This document shows, one piece after another, positions 30,068 through 39,366 of a stretch of DNA of 64,000 bases. Location of the stretch: positions 3,936,001 through 4,000,000 of the forward strand of contig OY970303.1 of NCBI GenBank assembly GCA_963716255.1. The letters are read 5' to 3'. Position numbers and translations under genes: made by a program. How positions within the stretch are numbered: position 1 is the first letter of the stretch; every line of letters starts with the position of its first letter. The stretch comes from an uncultured Gemmatimonadales bacterium. Its GTDB lineage: Bacteria; Gemmatimonadota; Gemmatimonadetes; Longimicrobiales; Longimicrobiaceae. The notes below the pieces were generated by a model. The model was not told the DNA's origin. It did not search any database and saw only the letters and a program-made list of their open reading frames with translations.

Positions 30068-31966
30068 ATGAACCAGTCCGCGGCCTCCATCCTCGCCTCC
30101 AGCCCCTTCTTCCAGGCCTTCGACGCGGACGAGACCGCCGTCCTCGCCGCCCTGGCGGAGGTGAAGCGCTGCCCGGCCGGCACCCACGTCTTCCGCGAGA
30201 GCCAGCCGCGCCGCGCCTTCGGCGTCCTGGTCTCGGGGCGCATCCGCATCGTCAAGGGGCTGCGCGGGCTCCCCGAGGTGCTCCACGTGCTGGTGCCGGG
30301 CGAGTCGTACGGCGAGGGGAGCCTGCTGGACGACTACCCGCACTCCACCTCCGGGGTGGTGAGCGAGGACGCGGAGATGCTGGAGATCCCCCGCGAGCAC
30401 ATCCGCGAGCTGGCCGGCGCCCGGCCCGCCCTGTTCGGCAAGCTGGCGCTGGCCGCCGCGCAGGTGATCTCCTCCCGGCTGCGGCACGCCAACGCCCGCC
30501 TTTCCGCGCGGGGGATGGGGTACCAGTCCGGCGAGCTGCGCGCCGAGCACGACCTGCTGGGCGAGCGGCAGCTGTCCGTGGACCTGTACTACGGCGTACA
30601 GACGCTGCGCGCGGTGGAGAACTTCCCCATCACCGGCATCCCCATCTCCCAGTACCCGTACCTGGTGAACGCGCTGGCCGCCGTCAAGGAGGGCGCCGCC
30701 GAGGCCAACCGCGACCTGGGGATCCTGGACCCCGGGGTGGCCGGCGCCATCGTGGACGCCTGCCGCGAGATCCGCGACGGGCGGCTGCACGAGCAGTTCG
30801 TGGTGGACGTGGTGCAGGGCGGGGCGGGGACCTCCACCAACATGAACGCCAACGAAGTGGTGGCCAACCGCGCGCTGGAGCTCCTGGGGCGCCGCAAGGG
30901 CGAGTACGACGTGGTGCACCCCAACAACCACGTCAACCTTTCCCAGTCCACCAACGACGTGTATCCCACCGCGGTCAAGATCGCCGCCGTGTGGGCGCTG
31001 CGCGACCTGGTGGGCGTGCTGGGCGAGCTGCGCGACGCCTTCCTGGAAAAGGGGCGCGAGTTCGGGGACGTGCTCAAGATGGGGCGCACCCAGCTCCAGG
31101 ACGCCGTCCCCATGACGCTGGGGCAGGAGTTCAACGCCTACGCCGTCACCATCGGCGAGGACATGGACCGCCTGGGCGAGGCCTCCGCGCTGATCCGCGA
31201 GATCAACATGGGCGCCACCGCCATCGGCACCGGCATCAACACCGACCCGCGCTACGCCGCCACCGTGCGCGACACCCTGGCCCGGTGCACGGGGCTGGAG
31301 CTGATCACCGCCCCCGACCTGGTGGAGGCCACGCAGGACACCGGCGCCTTCGTGCAGCTGTCCGGGGTGCTCAAGCGGGTGGCGGTGAAGCTTTCCAAGA
31401 TCTGCAACGACCTGCGGCTGCTTTCCTCCGGGCCGCGCGCCGGGCTCAACGAGATCAACCTGCCGGCCATGCAGCCCGGGTCGTCCATCATGCCGGGCAA
31501 GGTCAACCCCGTCATCCCCGAGGTGGTCAACCAGATCTGCTTCCAGGTGGTGGGCAACGACCTCACCATCACCATGGCCGCCGAGGCGGGGCAGCTCCAG
31601 CTCAACGTGTTCGAGCCGGTGATCGCCTTCAACCTGTTCCAGTCGGTGGACATGCTCACCCGCGGCGCCGTGGTGCTGCGGGAGCGGTGCGTGGTGGGGA
31701 TCACCGCCAACCGACAGCGGATGCTGGACATGGTGCACCATTCCATCGGGCTGGTGACCGCGCTGGTGCCGTACATCGGCTACGAGCGGTCGTCGGCCGT
31801 GGCCAAGGAGGCGCTGCAGACGGGGCGCGGCGTGTACGAGCTGGTGCGCGAGAAGGGGTGGCTGTCGCAGGAGCAGCTGGACGACATCCTGTCGCCGGAG
31901 GCCATGACCCATCCGCGTGCCATGCCGGCGGAGATTCCCGTTTCGCCGGAGCCGGTGGACAAGTGA
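30068..31966 (+). CDS. aspA: Aspartate ammonia-lyase with N-terminal cyclic nucleotide-binding domain
   Basis: cNMP-like domain (VFRES...GESYGEGSLLDDYPHSTS) fused to YYGVQTLRA, QGGAGTSTNMNANEV, GSSIMPGKVNPVIPE. Confidence 0.9.
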   Translation: MNQSAASILASSPFFQAFDADETAVLAALAEVKRCPAGTHVFRESQPRRAFGVLVSGRIRIVKGLRGLPEVLHVLVPGESYGEGSLLDDYPHSTSGVVSEDAEMLEIPREHIRELAGARPALFGKLALAAAQVISSRLRHANARLSARGMGYQSGELRAEHDLLGERQLSVDLYYGVQTLRAVENFPITGIPISQYPYLVNALAAVKEGAAEANRDLGILDPGVAGAIVDACREIRDGRLHEQFVVDVVQGGAGTSTNMNANEVVANRALELLGRRKGEYDVVHPNNHVNLSQSTNDVYPTAVKIAAVWALRDLVGVLGELRDAFLEKGREFGDVLKMGRTQLQDAVPMTLGQEFNAYAVTIGEDMDRLGEASALIREINMGATAIGTGINTDPRYAATVRDTLARCTGLELITAPDLVEATQDTGAFVQLSGVLKRVAVKLSKICNDLRLLSSGPRAGLNEINLPAMQPGSSIMPGKVNPVIPEVVNQICFQVVGNDLTITMAAEAGQLQLNVFEPVIAFNLFQSVDMLTRGAVVLRERCVVGITANRQRMLDMVHHSIGLVTALVPYIGYERSSAVAKEALQTGRGVYELVREKGWLSQEQLDDILSPEAMTHPRAMPAEIPVSPEPVDK

Positions 31967-31995
31967 TATCCTGATCGGGGCAGGCTCTGTCGTGG

Positions 31996-32161
31996 GGGCC
32001 GCTCCGGAGCCCGGCGGTACTGCTGCCGGTCTCCTGCGCGGGTCGCGGAGCCAGCCGAAACTGCCCGGCTGTCTCCGCTCCGGCTCCGGTAGCCTCACGC
32101 AAACGGACGCGTGAGTCTCCTTCCGCAGAAGAGCTGATGGGTACTGCGGAACGGCAACGGC
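31996..32161 (+). repeat. Structured repeat family B, copy 3
   Basis: Modules at 32007-32033, 32048-32075 and 32090-32119, about 30 nt after the aspA stop. Confidence 0.85.
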
Positions 32162-32167
32162 ACGTCA

Positions 32168-32195
32168 CCCCCTCTCCCGCTTGCGGGGGAGGGGG
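32168..32195. repeat. REP-like palindrome (type C)
   Basis: CCCCCTCTCCCGCTTGCGGGGGAGGGGG; reverse complement at 58149-58176. Confidence 0.75.
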
Positions 32196-32256
32196 CCGCC
32201 CGGACTCGCGCCCATGCCCGACCTACGGAAAGCCCTCTCCCGGAACGGGGATATAG

Positions 32257-33642
32257 CAGGTTGCTGAAAAGCTTGTGCGCACGCGCGTGCGCGCGAGGGT
32301 GTGGCGTCGTAGATTGGGGAAAACCTGTCCTCACACTCTCGGGGAGCAGCCACGATGCGCGGACGAGTCAGCCAGCAGCACGCGATGTGGATGTTCTACG
32401 ATCCGGAGAGCCTGCTCTCGCCTACGCATCCGCTGCGGGCGGTCAAGGCGCGAGCCGATGCGGTGCTGGCCGGGATGAGTCCGGAGTTCGACCGCGCCTA
32501 CGCGGCTCTGGGACGGGCGAGTATCCCGCCGGAGATGCTGCTGAAGGCGCTGCTGCTTCAGGCGCTGCACTCGATCCGTTCGGAGCGGATGCTGGTGGAG
32601 CAGATCGGAGTGAACTTGGCTTACCGGTGGTTCCTGGACCTGGAGCCGCATGCGGGGGTGTGGGATGCGACCACGTTCACGCAGAACCGGGATCGGTTCG
32701 AGAAGCACGGGCTGGTGCGCACCTTCTTCGAGCGGATCATCGAGGGGGCGTACCTGGAGGAACTGGCGAGCCAGGAGCACTTCTCGATCGATGGCAGCCT
32801 GATCGAGAGCTATGCCTCGATGAAGAGCCTGCGCAAGATCGGCAGCCCGGACGAGAAGGTCAGCGACGGCTCGAAGGACGGCGACACGAGCAATCCCTCG
32901 GTGAACTTCCGCAAAGAGAAGCGGACCAACGCGACGCACCGCTCGCTCACGGACCCCGAGGCGCGCCTGGCGACCAAGAGCAAGGGAGTGCCGGCGCGGC
33001 TGTGCCATCTGCTGAACGCGCTGATGGAGAACCGGCACGGGCTGCTCATCGACGTCAGCGTGGTGGAGGCCGACGGGACGGGCGAGCGCGACCAGGCACT
33101 CCTGCTGCTGGAGCGCAGCCGGATTCGGCACGACTTGCCGGTGGAGCGCACGGTGGGGCTGGATGGGGGCTATCCCAGTGGCCCGTTCCTCCAGGCAGCC
33201 TATCAGGACGGTGTGAGCGCGCACGTGCCGATCCCGGAGGGGCCGATCGACCCGGACGCCAAGGGAGCCGAAGCGCGCAGCCGAGCCCGAGAGCGGATGG
33301 GTACGCCGGAGTACGCCCTCTCGCAACGCAAGCGTAAGCGGATCGAGGAGATCTTCGGCTGGGCAAAGGAGATCGGCGGGATGCGTCGGAGCCGCCACGT
33401 GGATCGCTGGAAGCTGACGCAGAAGGCGCTGATCGTGGGCGCCGCGTACAACCTCCTGCGCCTGGCACGCCTCGCGCCGGGTTTGCAGGCCCTCGCCTGA
33501 GGCACAGTGCGTCCGTGCACGCCGAAAATGGCTGCACGGGCGGGAAACCGGGCACCCCATACGCCGGAAAAGCCCCGTTTCGCTGATTCTGGAGTGGAAG
33601 TTTTCCACGTCACACTCCAGGCTGCCGTTTTTCAGCGACCTG
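32257..33642 (+). mobile_element. IS5 family insertion sequence
   Basis: IRs CAGGTTGCTGAAAA / TTTTCAGCGACCTG; 4-bp target duplication ATAG at 32253-32256 and 33643-33646. Confidence 0.92.
32355..33500 (+). CDS. IS5 family transposase
   Basis: HPLR...GRASIPPE, IDGSLI, LDGGY, RKRIEEIFGWAK, AAYNLLR. Confidence 0.92.
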   Translation: MRGRVSQQHAMWMFYDPESLLSPTHPLRAVKARADAVLAGMSPEFDRAYAALGRASIPPEMLLKALLLQALHSIRSERMLVEQIGVNLAYRWFLDLEPHAGVWDATTFTQNRDRFEKHGLVRTFFERIIEGAYLEELASQEHFSIDGSLIESYASMKSLRKIGSPDEKVSDGSKDGDTSNPSVNFRKEKRTNATHRSLTDPEARLATKSKGVPARLCHLLNALMENRHGLLIDVSVVEADGTGERDQALLLLERSRIRHDLPVERTVGLDGGYPSGPFLQAAYQDGVSAHVPIPEGPIDPDAKGAEARSRARERMGTPEYALSQRKRKRIEEIFGWAKEIGGMRRSRHVDRWKLTQKALIVGAAYNLLRLARLAPGLQALA

Positions 33643-33743
33643 ATAGGGGGCAAGCCGTGCGGCTCTCAGGCCGCCGGGTGGGCGCGCTCGCCGCCTCCTC
33701 CGTCTCCCACCCTCGCGACTCCGCAGACATCCCCATCGCAGCC

Positions 33744-35516
33744 GTGACCGCCCGAGTCCCCCCCGCCGAGCCAGTCCTGGCCCGCTTCGATTCGCTGGAC
33801 CCCGCGCGGGGCCCGCGCTCGTTCCGCCTCGCCGGCCACCGCGAGACCCTGGCCGCGGCGACCCTGTCCGATGTGCTCCCGGTCCTGCGCCGCGTGGAGG
33901 ATGCGGTGGGCCGGGGGCTGCACGCCGCCGGGTTCCTCGCCTACGAGGCGGCCCCCGCCTTCGATCCCGCCCTCGTCGTCCACGCCCCCGACCCGCGGCT
34001 CCCGCTCGCCTGGTTCGCCGTGTACGAAACGCGCGAGGAGGTCCCCGCGCTGCACGGCGTCCCCGACGAGCCGTTCGAGCTGGGCGAGTGGACCCCGTCG
34101 CTGTCCGAGGAAGAGTACGCGGCGCGCGTCGGCGCCATCCACGAGCTGATCGCCGCGGGCGACACCTACCAGGTCAACTTCACGCTGCGGCTCGCCGCGT
34201 CGTTCGCGGGGAGCGCGGCCGGGCTGTACGGCGCGCTCTGCCGGGCGCAGCGCGGGGCGTACGGCGCGCTGCTGCGGCTGGGGGAGCTGTCCGTCGCGTC
34301 CGCGTCGCCGGAGCTGTTCTTCCGCTGGGCGGGCGGCGAGCTGGAACTGCGGCCCATGAAGGGGACGCGGCCGCGGGGACGGTGGGAGGAGGAGGACGCC
34401 GCGCTCGCCGCCGAGCTGGTGGCCTCGCCCAAGGAGCGGGCGGAGAACCTGATGATCGTGGACCTGCTGCGGAACGACGCCGGGCGGGTCTCGGAGTGGG
34501 GCTCGGTGAAGGTCCCCCGCCTGTTCGAGACGGAGCGCTACGAGACCGTCCACCAGCTCACCTCCACCATCCGCTCGCGCACGCTCCCCGGCACCGGGCT
34601 CACGGACGTGCTCCGCGCGCTCTTCCCCTGCGGCTCCGTGACCGGCGCGCCCAAGGTGCGCACCATGCAGGTCATCCGCGAGCTGGAGGACGGGCCGCGC
34701 GGCGTGTACACCGGAGCGATCGGCTTCGTCTCCCCCGGCGAGGCGGTGTTCAGCGTGGGCATCCGCACGCTCCTGGTGGACCACGCGCGCGGCACGGCGG
34801 AGCTCGGCGTGGGGAGCGGCATCACCCACGACGCGGACGCCGCCGCGGAGTACCGCGAGTGCCTGGACAAGGCGCGCTTCGCCTCCCGCCCGTCCGACGG
34901 CTTCGAGCTGCTGGAAACGCTGCTGCACGAGCCCGCGGGCGGCTGGTTCCTGCTCGCGGGCCACCTCGCCCGCATGGCGTCCTCCGCGCGCTACTTCGGC
35001 TTCCGCTGGGACGAGGCGCACGTCCGCGCCGCCCTCGCCGCCGCCGTCCCCGCCTCCGCGGGCGGTCCCCTGCGCGTTCGCCTGCTCCTGCCGCGCGGCG
35101 GCGAGCCGCGCGTGGAGGCGGCGCCGCTCGCGCCCGCCCCCCAGGCTCCCGCGCGCGTCGCCTTCTCCGCCCGGCCGGTGGACGGCCGCGACCCGTTCCT
35201 GTTCCACAAGACGACGCGGCGCGAGGTCTACACGACCCGCGCCGCGGAGCGCCCCGACTGCGACGACGTCCTCCTGGCCAACGAGCGCGGCGAGGTCACC
35301 GAGTCCACCATCGCCAACGTCGTCGTGCGCATCGGCGGCGCGCTCTGGACCCCGCCGCGCACCGCCGGGCTTCTCGCCGGCGTCTTCCGCCGGCACCTGC
35401 TGGAGACCGGCGAGCTCCGCGAGCGCACGCTCCGCCCGGAGGACCTCGCCGCCGCGGAGGAGGTCTGGCTGGTCAACTCCGTCCGCCGCTGGCGGCGCGC
35501 CGTGCTGGTCCCCTGA
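33744..35516 (+). CDS. pabB: Aminodeoxychorismate synthase component I fused to class IV aminotransferase/ADC lyase
   Basis: GDTYQVN, SPELFF, PMKGT, ENLMIVDLLRND, FPCGSVTGAPK, then LLETL...FHKTT...ESTIAN; start inferred. Confidence 0.88.
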   Translation: MTARVPPAEPVLARFDSLDPARGPRSFRLAGHRETLAAATLSDVLPVLRRVEDAVGRGLHAAGFLAYEAAPAFDPALVVHAPDPRLPLAWFAVYETREEVPALHGVPDEPFELGEWTPSLSEEEYAARVGAIHELIAAGDTYQVNFTLRLAASFAGSAAGLYGALCRAQRGAYGALLRLGELSVASASPELFFRWAGGELELRPMKGTRPRGRWEEEDAALAAELVASPKERAENLMIVDLLRNDAGRVSEWGSVKVPRLFETERYETVHQLTSTIRSRTLPGTGLTDVLRALFPCGSVTGAPKVRTMQVIRELEDGPRGVYTGAIGFVSPGEAVFSVGIRTLLVDHARGTAELGVGSGITHDADAAAEYRECLDKARFASRPSDGFELLETLLHEPAGGWFLLAGHLARMASSARYFGFRWDEAHVRAALAAAVPASAGGPLRVRLLLPRGGEPRVEAAPLAPAPQAPARVAFSARPVDGRDPFLFHKTTRREVYTTRAAERPDCDDVLLANERGEVTESTIANVVVRIGGALWTPPRTAGLLAGVFRRHLLETGELRERTLRPEDLAAAEEVWLVNSVRRWRRAVLVP

Positions 35517-35529
35517 TCGCGCCCATCCG

Positions 35530-35556
35530 GACCCCGGCGCAGCCGGGGGCACGCCC
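35530..35556 (-). repeat. Truncated family A copy (first hairpin only)
   Basis: Reverse complement GGGCGTGCCCCCGGCTGCGCCGGGGTC. Confidence 0.75.
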
Positions 35557-35663
35557 GAACCCGCCGCCGTCTGGAGCCGTTCCTCAGCAGCAGCACGGCT
35601 TCCCGTCAGCGCCACGCTCCCCGCCAGGAGCTGCTGCCGCGTCATCGGGTCCGTCCCTTCCGG

Positions 35664-35706
35664 TTGACGTACGTCCGCCGCCGCAATATATCAGTGGCGG
35701 ATGATG
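35664..35706 (+). promoter_or_regulatory. Putative promoter and ArsR operator
   Basis: TTGACG-17-TATATC, overlapping an ATCA-N8-TGAT dyad. Confidence 0.45.
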
Positions 35707-35723
35707 AAACCCGGGGAGGCAAG

Positions 35724-36056
35724 ATGCCGCTGACGGACACGCGACCGGACACCGGGCTCCGTGCGAAGCTGTTCCGGGGTCTCTCCGACCCGTCCCGGCT
35801 CGCCATCGTCGAAGCGCTGCGCGAAGGGCCCCGCAGCGTCGGCGGGATCGTGGACGCCACCGGCCTGGGCCAGTCCAACGTTTCCAACCACCTGGCGTGT
35901 CTGCTCGGCTGCGGCCTGGTCGGCCGGGAGCAGCGCGGCCGCCACGCCTTCTACCGCCTCGCCGACGCGCGGGTGGACGCACTGCTCGCGCTCGCCGACG
36001 CGCTTCTCGCGGAGACCGCCCGCGGCGTGGGCGACTGCCCGCGGTGCGCGCCCTGA
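35724..36056 (+). CDS. ArsR/SmtB family metalloregulator, CmtR-like
   Basis: LSDPSRLAI, SNHLACLLGCGLV (alpha4 CxxxC) and C-terminal CPRC. Confidence 0.88.
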   Translation: MPLTDTRPDTGLRAKLFRGLSDPSRLAIVEALREGPRSVGGIVDATGLGQSNVSNHLACLLGCGLVGREQRGRHAFYRLADARVDALLALADALLAETARGVGDCPRCAP

Positions 36057-36085
36057 CCGCCGCCGATCTCCCGGTCCCGAATCCC

Positions 36086-38290
36086 ATGCGTTTTCCCGGT
36101 CCGCGCCACGCGCCGCTGCTTCTCATCGCGGCGCTCGCCGCCCTCGCGACCCCCGCGCTCGCGCAGGACACCGCGAAGGTCCGCCTGACCGTGGTGGTCC
36201 ACGACGACGGCGCGCCGCTCTCCGGCGCCATCGTGGGCGTGAGCGACACCGCCCTGGTCACGGGGGACGACGGGACCGCCGTCTTCCGGCTGCCGCCGCG
36301 GACCCACCCCATCCGCGTGCAGCGCGAGGGCTTCGGTCCGGTCGAACTCCGCGTTCCGCTGCGCGCCGACACGTCCGTCGCCGTCGAGCTGGAGGCCGTG
36401 CCCGCCGCCGCGCCGGGCGAGGACGAGGAGCACGAGGAGACGGAGCACGCCGAGGAGCTGGAGGGGATCGTCGTCAGCGCCACGCGCAGCGAGCAGCGCA
36501 TCGAGGACGTGCCGGTGCGGGTGGAGGTGCTGGGGCGCGAGGAGGTGGAGGAGAAGATGCTGATGACGCCGGGCGACATCAGCATGATGCTCAACGAGAC
36601 CGGCGGCCTGCGGGTGCAGACCACCTCGCCCTCGCTGGGCGGCGCGGGCGTGCGCGTGCAGGGGCTGCGCGGGCGCTACACGCAGATCCTCGCCGACGGG
36701 CTCCCGCTGTACGGCGGGCAGAGCGGCGCGCTGGGGCTGCTCCAGATCCCGCCCATGGACCTGGGCCAGGTGGAGGTGATCAAGGGCGCCGCCTCCGCGC
36801 TGTACGGCGCCTCGGCGCTGGGCGGCGTGGTCAACCTCGTGTCCCGCCGCCCCGCGGACGACCGAGAGCTGCTGCTGAACGCCAGCACCCTGGGCGGCGC
36901 CGACGCGGTGTTCTGGTCGTCCGGAGCGCTGTCGGAGCGCTGGAGCTACACCCTGCTGGGGAGCGGCCACCGCCAGGCCCGCGCAGACGTGGACGACGAC
37001 CGCTGGGCCGACCTCCCCGCCTACCGCCGCGCCGTGCTGCGCCCGCGGCTCTTCTGGGGCGACGGGGCGGGGCGGTCGCTGCTGCTCACCGTGGGCGCCA
37101 CGGCCGAGCGGCGCGAGGGCGGAGGCCGCGTCCCCGGCGGCGCCGACTTCCCGGAGGCGCTGGAGACCGGGAGGCTGGACGGCGGCGCGGTGGGCCGCTT
37201 CCTGTTGGGCGGCGAGCGGCTGCTCACGGTGCGCGGCTCCGCCATGGCGCAGCGCCACGACCACCGCTTCGGCAGCGTGCGCGAGCGCGATCTGCACGCC
37301 ACCGCCTTCGGCGAGGCGGCGCTGGGCGGCACCGCGGGCGCGCACACCTGGGTGCTGGGTGCCGCGCTCCAGCAGGAGCGCTATGAAGCGCGCGACGTGG
37401 ACGGGTTCGACTACGTGTTCACCGTCCCCGCGCTCTTCGCGCAGGACGACTTCCGCCCGTCCGGCCGGCTCGCACTCACCGCCAGCGCGCGGCTGGACGC
37501 CCACTCGGAGTACGGCGCGTTCCTGAGCCCGCGCCTTTCCGCCCTGCTGCGCCCCGCCGAGGGGTGGAGCGTGCGCGCCTCCGCCGGGACCGGCTTCTTC
37601 GCGCCGACCCCGTTCACCGAGGAGACCGAGACCGTCGGCCTCGCCCGCATCCTGCCCATGTCGGGCGTGGAGGCGGAGCGCGCCGGCACCGCATCGCTGG
37701 ACGTGGCGCGCGCCGCCGGAGCCTGGGAGCTCAACGCCACGCTCTTCGGCTCGGTGGTGCGCGACGCGGTGCGTCTCCTCGGCGACGGCGTCGGTTCCGC
37801 GCTGCGGCTGGAGAACGTGCCGGGCGACACGCGCACCCGGGGGACCGAGCTGCTGGCGCGCTGGCACCGCGGGCCGCTGCATCTCACCGCCAGCCACGCG
37901 TGGATCCGCTCCACCGAGCCGGACCCGGAGCGCGGAGGGCGGCGCCAGGCGCCGCTGGTCCCCCGGCACGCGGCCGGGGTGGTGGGGATGTGGGAGAGCG
38001 AGGGGAGCGGGCGCGTGGGCGTGGAAGTGTACTACACCGGCCGCCAGTCGCTGGAAGACAACCCGTACCGCGCGGCAAGCCGGCCGTACGTCGTGCTGGG
38101 GCTGCTGGTGGAGCGGCGCGTGGGGCGGGCACGCCTCTTCCTCAACGCCGAGAACCTGGGCGACGTGCGGCAGACGCGCTGGGACCCGCTCCTCCTCCCC
38201 TCCCGCAGCGTCGAGGGGCGCTGGACCACGGACGCCTGGGCGCCGCTGGAGGGGAGAACCCTGAACGGAGGGATGCGAATTGAGATCTAG
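36086..38290 (+). CDS. TonB-dependent receptor
   Basis: Signal peptide, carboxypeptidase-like N-domain, IVVSATRSE, VEVIKGAASALYG plug, NAENL barrel end. Confidence 0.9.
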   Translation: MRFPGPRHAPLLLIAALAALATPALAQDTAKVRLTVVVHDDGAPLSGAIVGVSDTALVTGDDGTAVFRLPPRTHPIRVQREGFGPVELRVPLRADTSVAVELEAVPAAAPGEDEEHEETEHAEELEGIVVSATRSEQRIEDVPVRVEVLGREEVEEKMLMTPGDISMMLNETGGLRVQTTSPSLGGAGVRVQGLRGRYTQILADGLPLYGGQSGALGLLQIPPMDLGQVEVIKGAASALYGASALGGVVNLVSRRPADDRELLLNASTLGGADAVFWSSGALSERWSYTLLGSGHRQARADVDDDRWADLPAYRRAVLRPRLFWGDGAGRSLLLTVGATAERREGGGRVPGGADFPEALETGRLDGGAVGRFLLGGERLLTVRGSAMAQRHDHRFGSVRERDLHATAFGEAALGGTAGAHTWVLGAALQQERYEARDVDGFDYVFTVPALFAQDDFRPSGRLALTASARLDAHSEYGAFLSPRLSALLRPAEGWSVRASAGTGFFAPTPFTEETETVGLARILPMSGVEAERAGTASLDVARAAGAWELNATLFGSVVRDAVRLLGDGVGSALRLENVPGDTRTRGTELLARWHRGPLHLTASHAWIRSTEPDPERGGRRQAPLVPRHAAGVVGMWESEGSGRVGVEVYYTGRQSLEDNPYRAASRPYVVLGLLVERRVGRARLFLNAENLGDVRQTRWDPLLLPSRSVEGRWTTDAWAPLEGRTLNGGMRIEI

Positions 38291-39344
38291 GACGCGCGCG
38301 GCCCGGGCGGCGGTGCTGGGACTGGTCCTCGCCGCCGCCGCCTGCTCGCCCACGTACGTGATCCGCGCGGGGTACGAGGAAGCAAAGATCCTCAGCCGCC
38401 GCCAGCCCATCCAGAAGCTGGTGGACGACCCGCGCACCCCACCCGAGCGGCGGGCCAAGCTGGCGCTGGTCCTCCAGGCGCGCACCTTCGCCGACCGCGC
38501 CCTCGGCCTGGCGGCGGGGAAGAGCTACACCACCTTCTCGCAGCTGGACTCCGACACCCTGGCGCTGGTGCTTTCCGCCGCCTACCGCGACGAGTTCCGG
38601 CCGCGCACCTGGTGGTTTCCCATCGTGGGGAGCGTGCCGTACAAGGGGTTCTTCAGCGAGTCCGCCGCGCGGCGGGAGATCCGCAGGCTGGAGGAGGCCG
38701 GCTTCGACACCTACCTGCGCCCCACCTCGGCCTTCAGCACCCTCGGGTGGTTCAACGACCCCGTCGTTTCCCCGCTTCTGCGCTACGGCGACGTGGACCT
38801 GGTGAACACCGTGGTCCACGAGATCTTCCACAACACGCTGTACCTGGCCGGCGAGGCGCAGTACAACGAGAGCGTCGCCAACTTCGTGGGGGCGCAGGGG
38901 GCCATCGAGTTCTTCTGCCGGCGCGACGGGGAAGGGTCGCCCGGCTGCCGCGAGGCGCGGGCCGCGTGGGAGGACGACCTGCTCTTCGGGCGCTTCATGG
39001 ACGCGCTGGTGACCGAGCTCGAGGCGCTCTACGCCCGCGCCGACCTATCCCGCGAGCAGAAGCTGGCCGGGCGCGACGAGGTGTTCCGCCGCGCCAAGGA
39101 GCGCTTCGCCGTGGAGGTGCGCCCGCGGCTCAAGGTGCAGACCTTTGCCACCTTCACCGACACCCCGCTCAACAACGCCACCCTGATCGCCCGGCGGCTC
39201 TACTACCACCGCCTCGACCTGTTCGAGGAGGTGTTCCGCTCCCGCGGTGGCGACCTGCGGCGCACCGTGGACGACCTGGTGCACGCGGCCCGCGGGGCCC
39301 AGGACCCCTACGCCGCCACGCAGGCCCTCCTCGCCCCCCGCTGA
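38280..39344 (+). CDS. Putative zinc aminopeptidase lipoprotein
   Basis: Lipobox AAAC; WWFPIVGSVPYKGFF, STLGWFNDP, HEIFH...NES. Confidence 0.8.
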   Translation: MRSRTRAARAAVLGLVLAAAACSPTYVIRAGYEEAKILSRRQPIQKLVDDPRTPPERRAKLALVLQARTFADRALGLAAGKSYTTFSQLDSDTLALVLSAAYRDEFRPRTWWFPIVGSVPYKGFFSESAARREIRRLEEAGFDTYLRPTSAFSTLGWFNDPVVSPLLRYGDVDLVNTVVHEIFHNTLYLAGEAQYNESVANFVGAQGAIEFFCRRDGEGSPGCREARAAWEDDLLFGRFMDALVTELEALYARADLSREQKLAGRDEVFRRAKERFAVEVRPRLKVQTFATFTDTPLNNATLIARRLYYHRLDLFEEVFRSRGGDLRRTVDDLVHAARGAQDPYAATQALLAPR

Positions 39345-39366
39345 CCGCCGCGCCGGCAGCGCTCCG

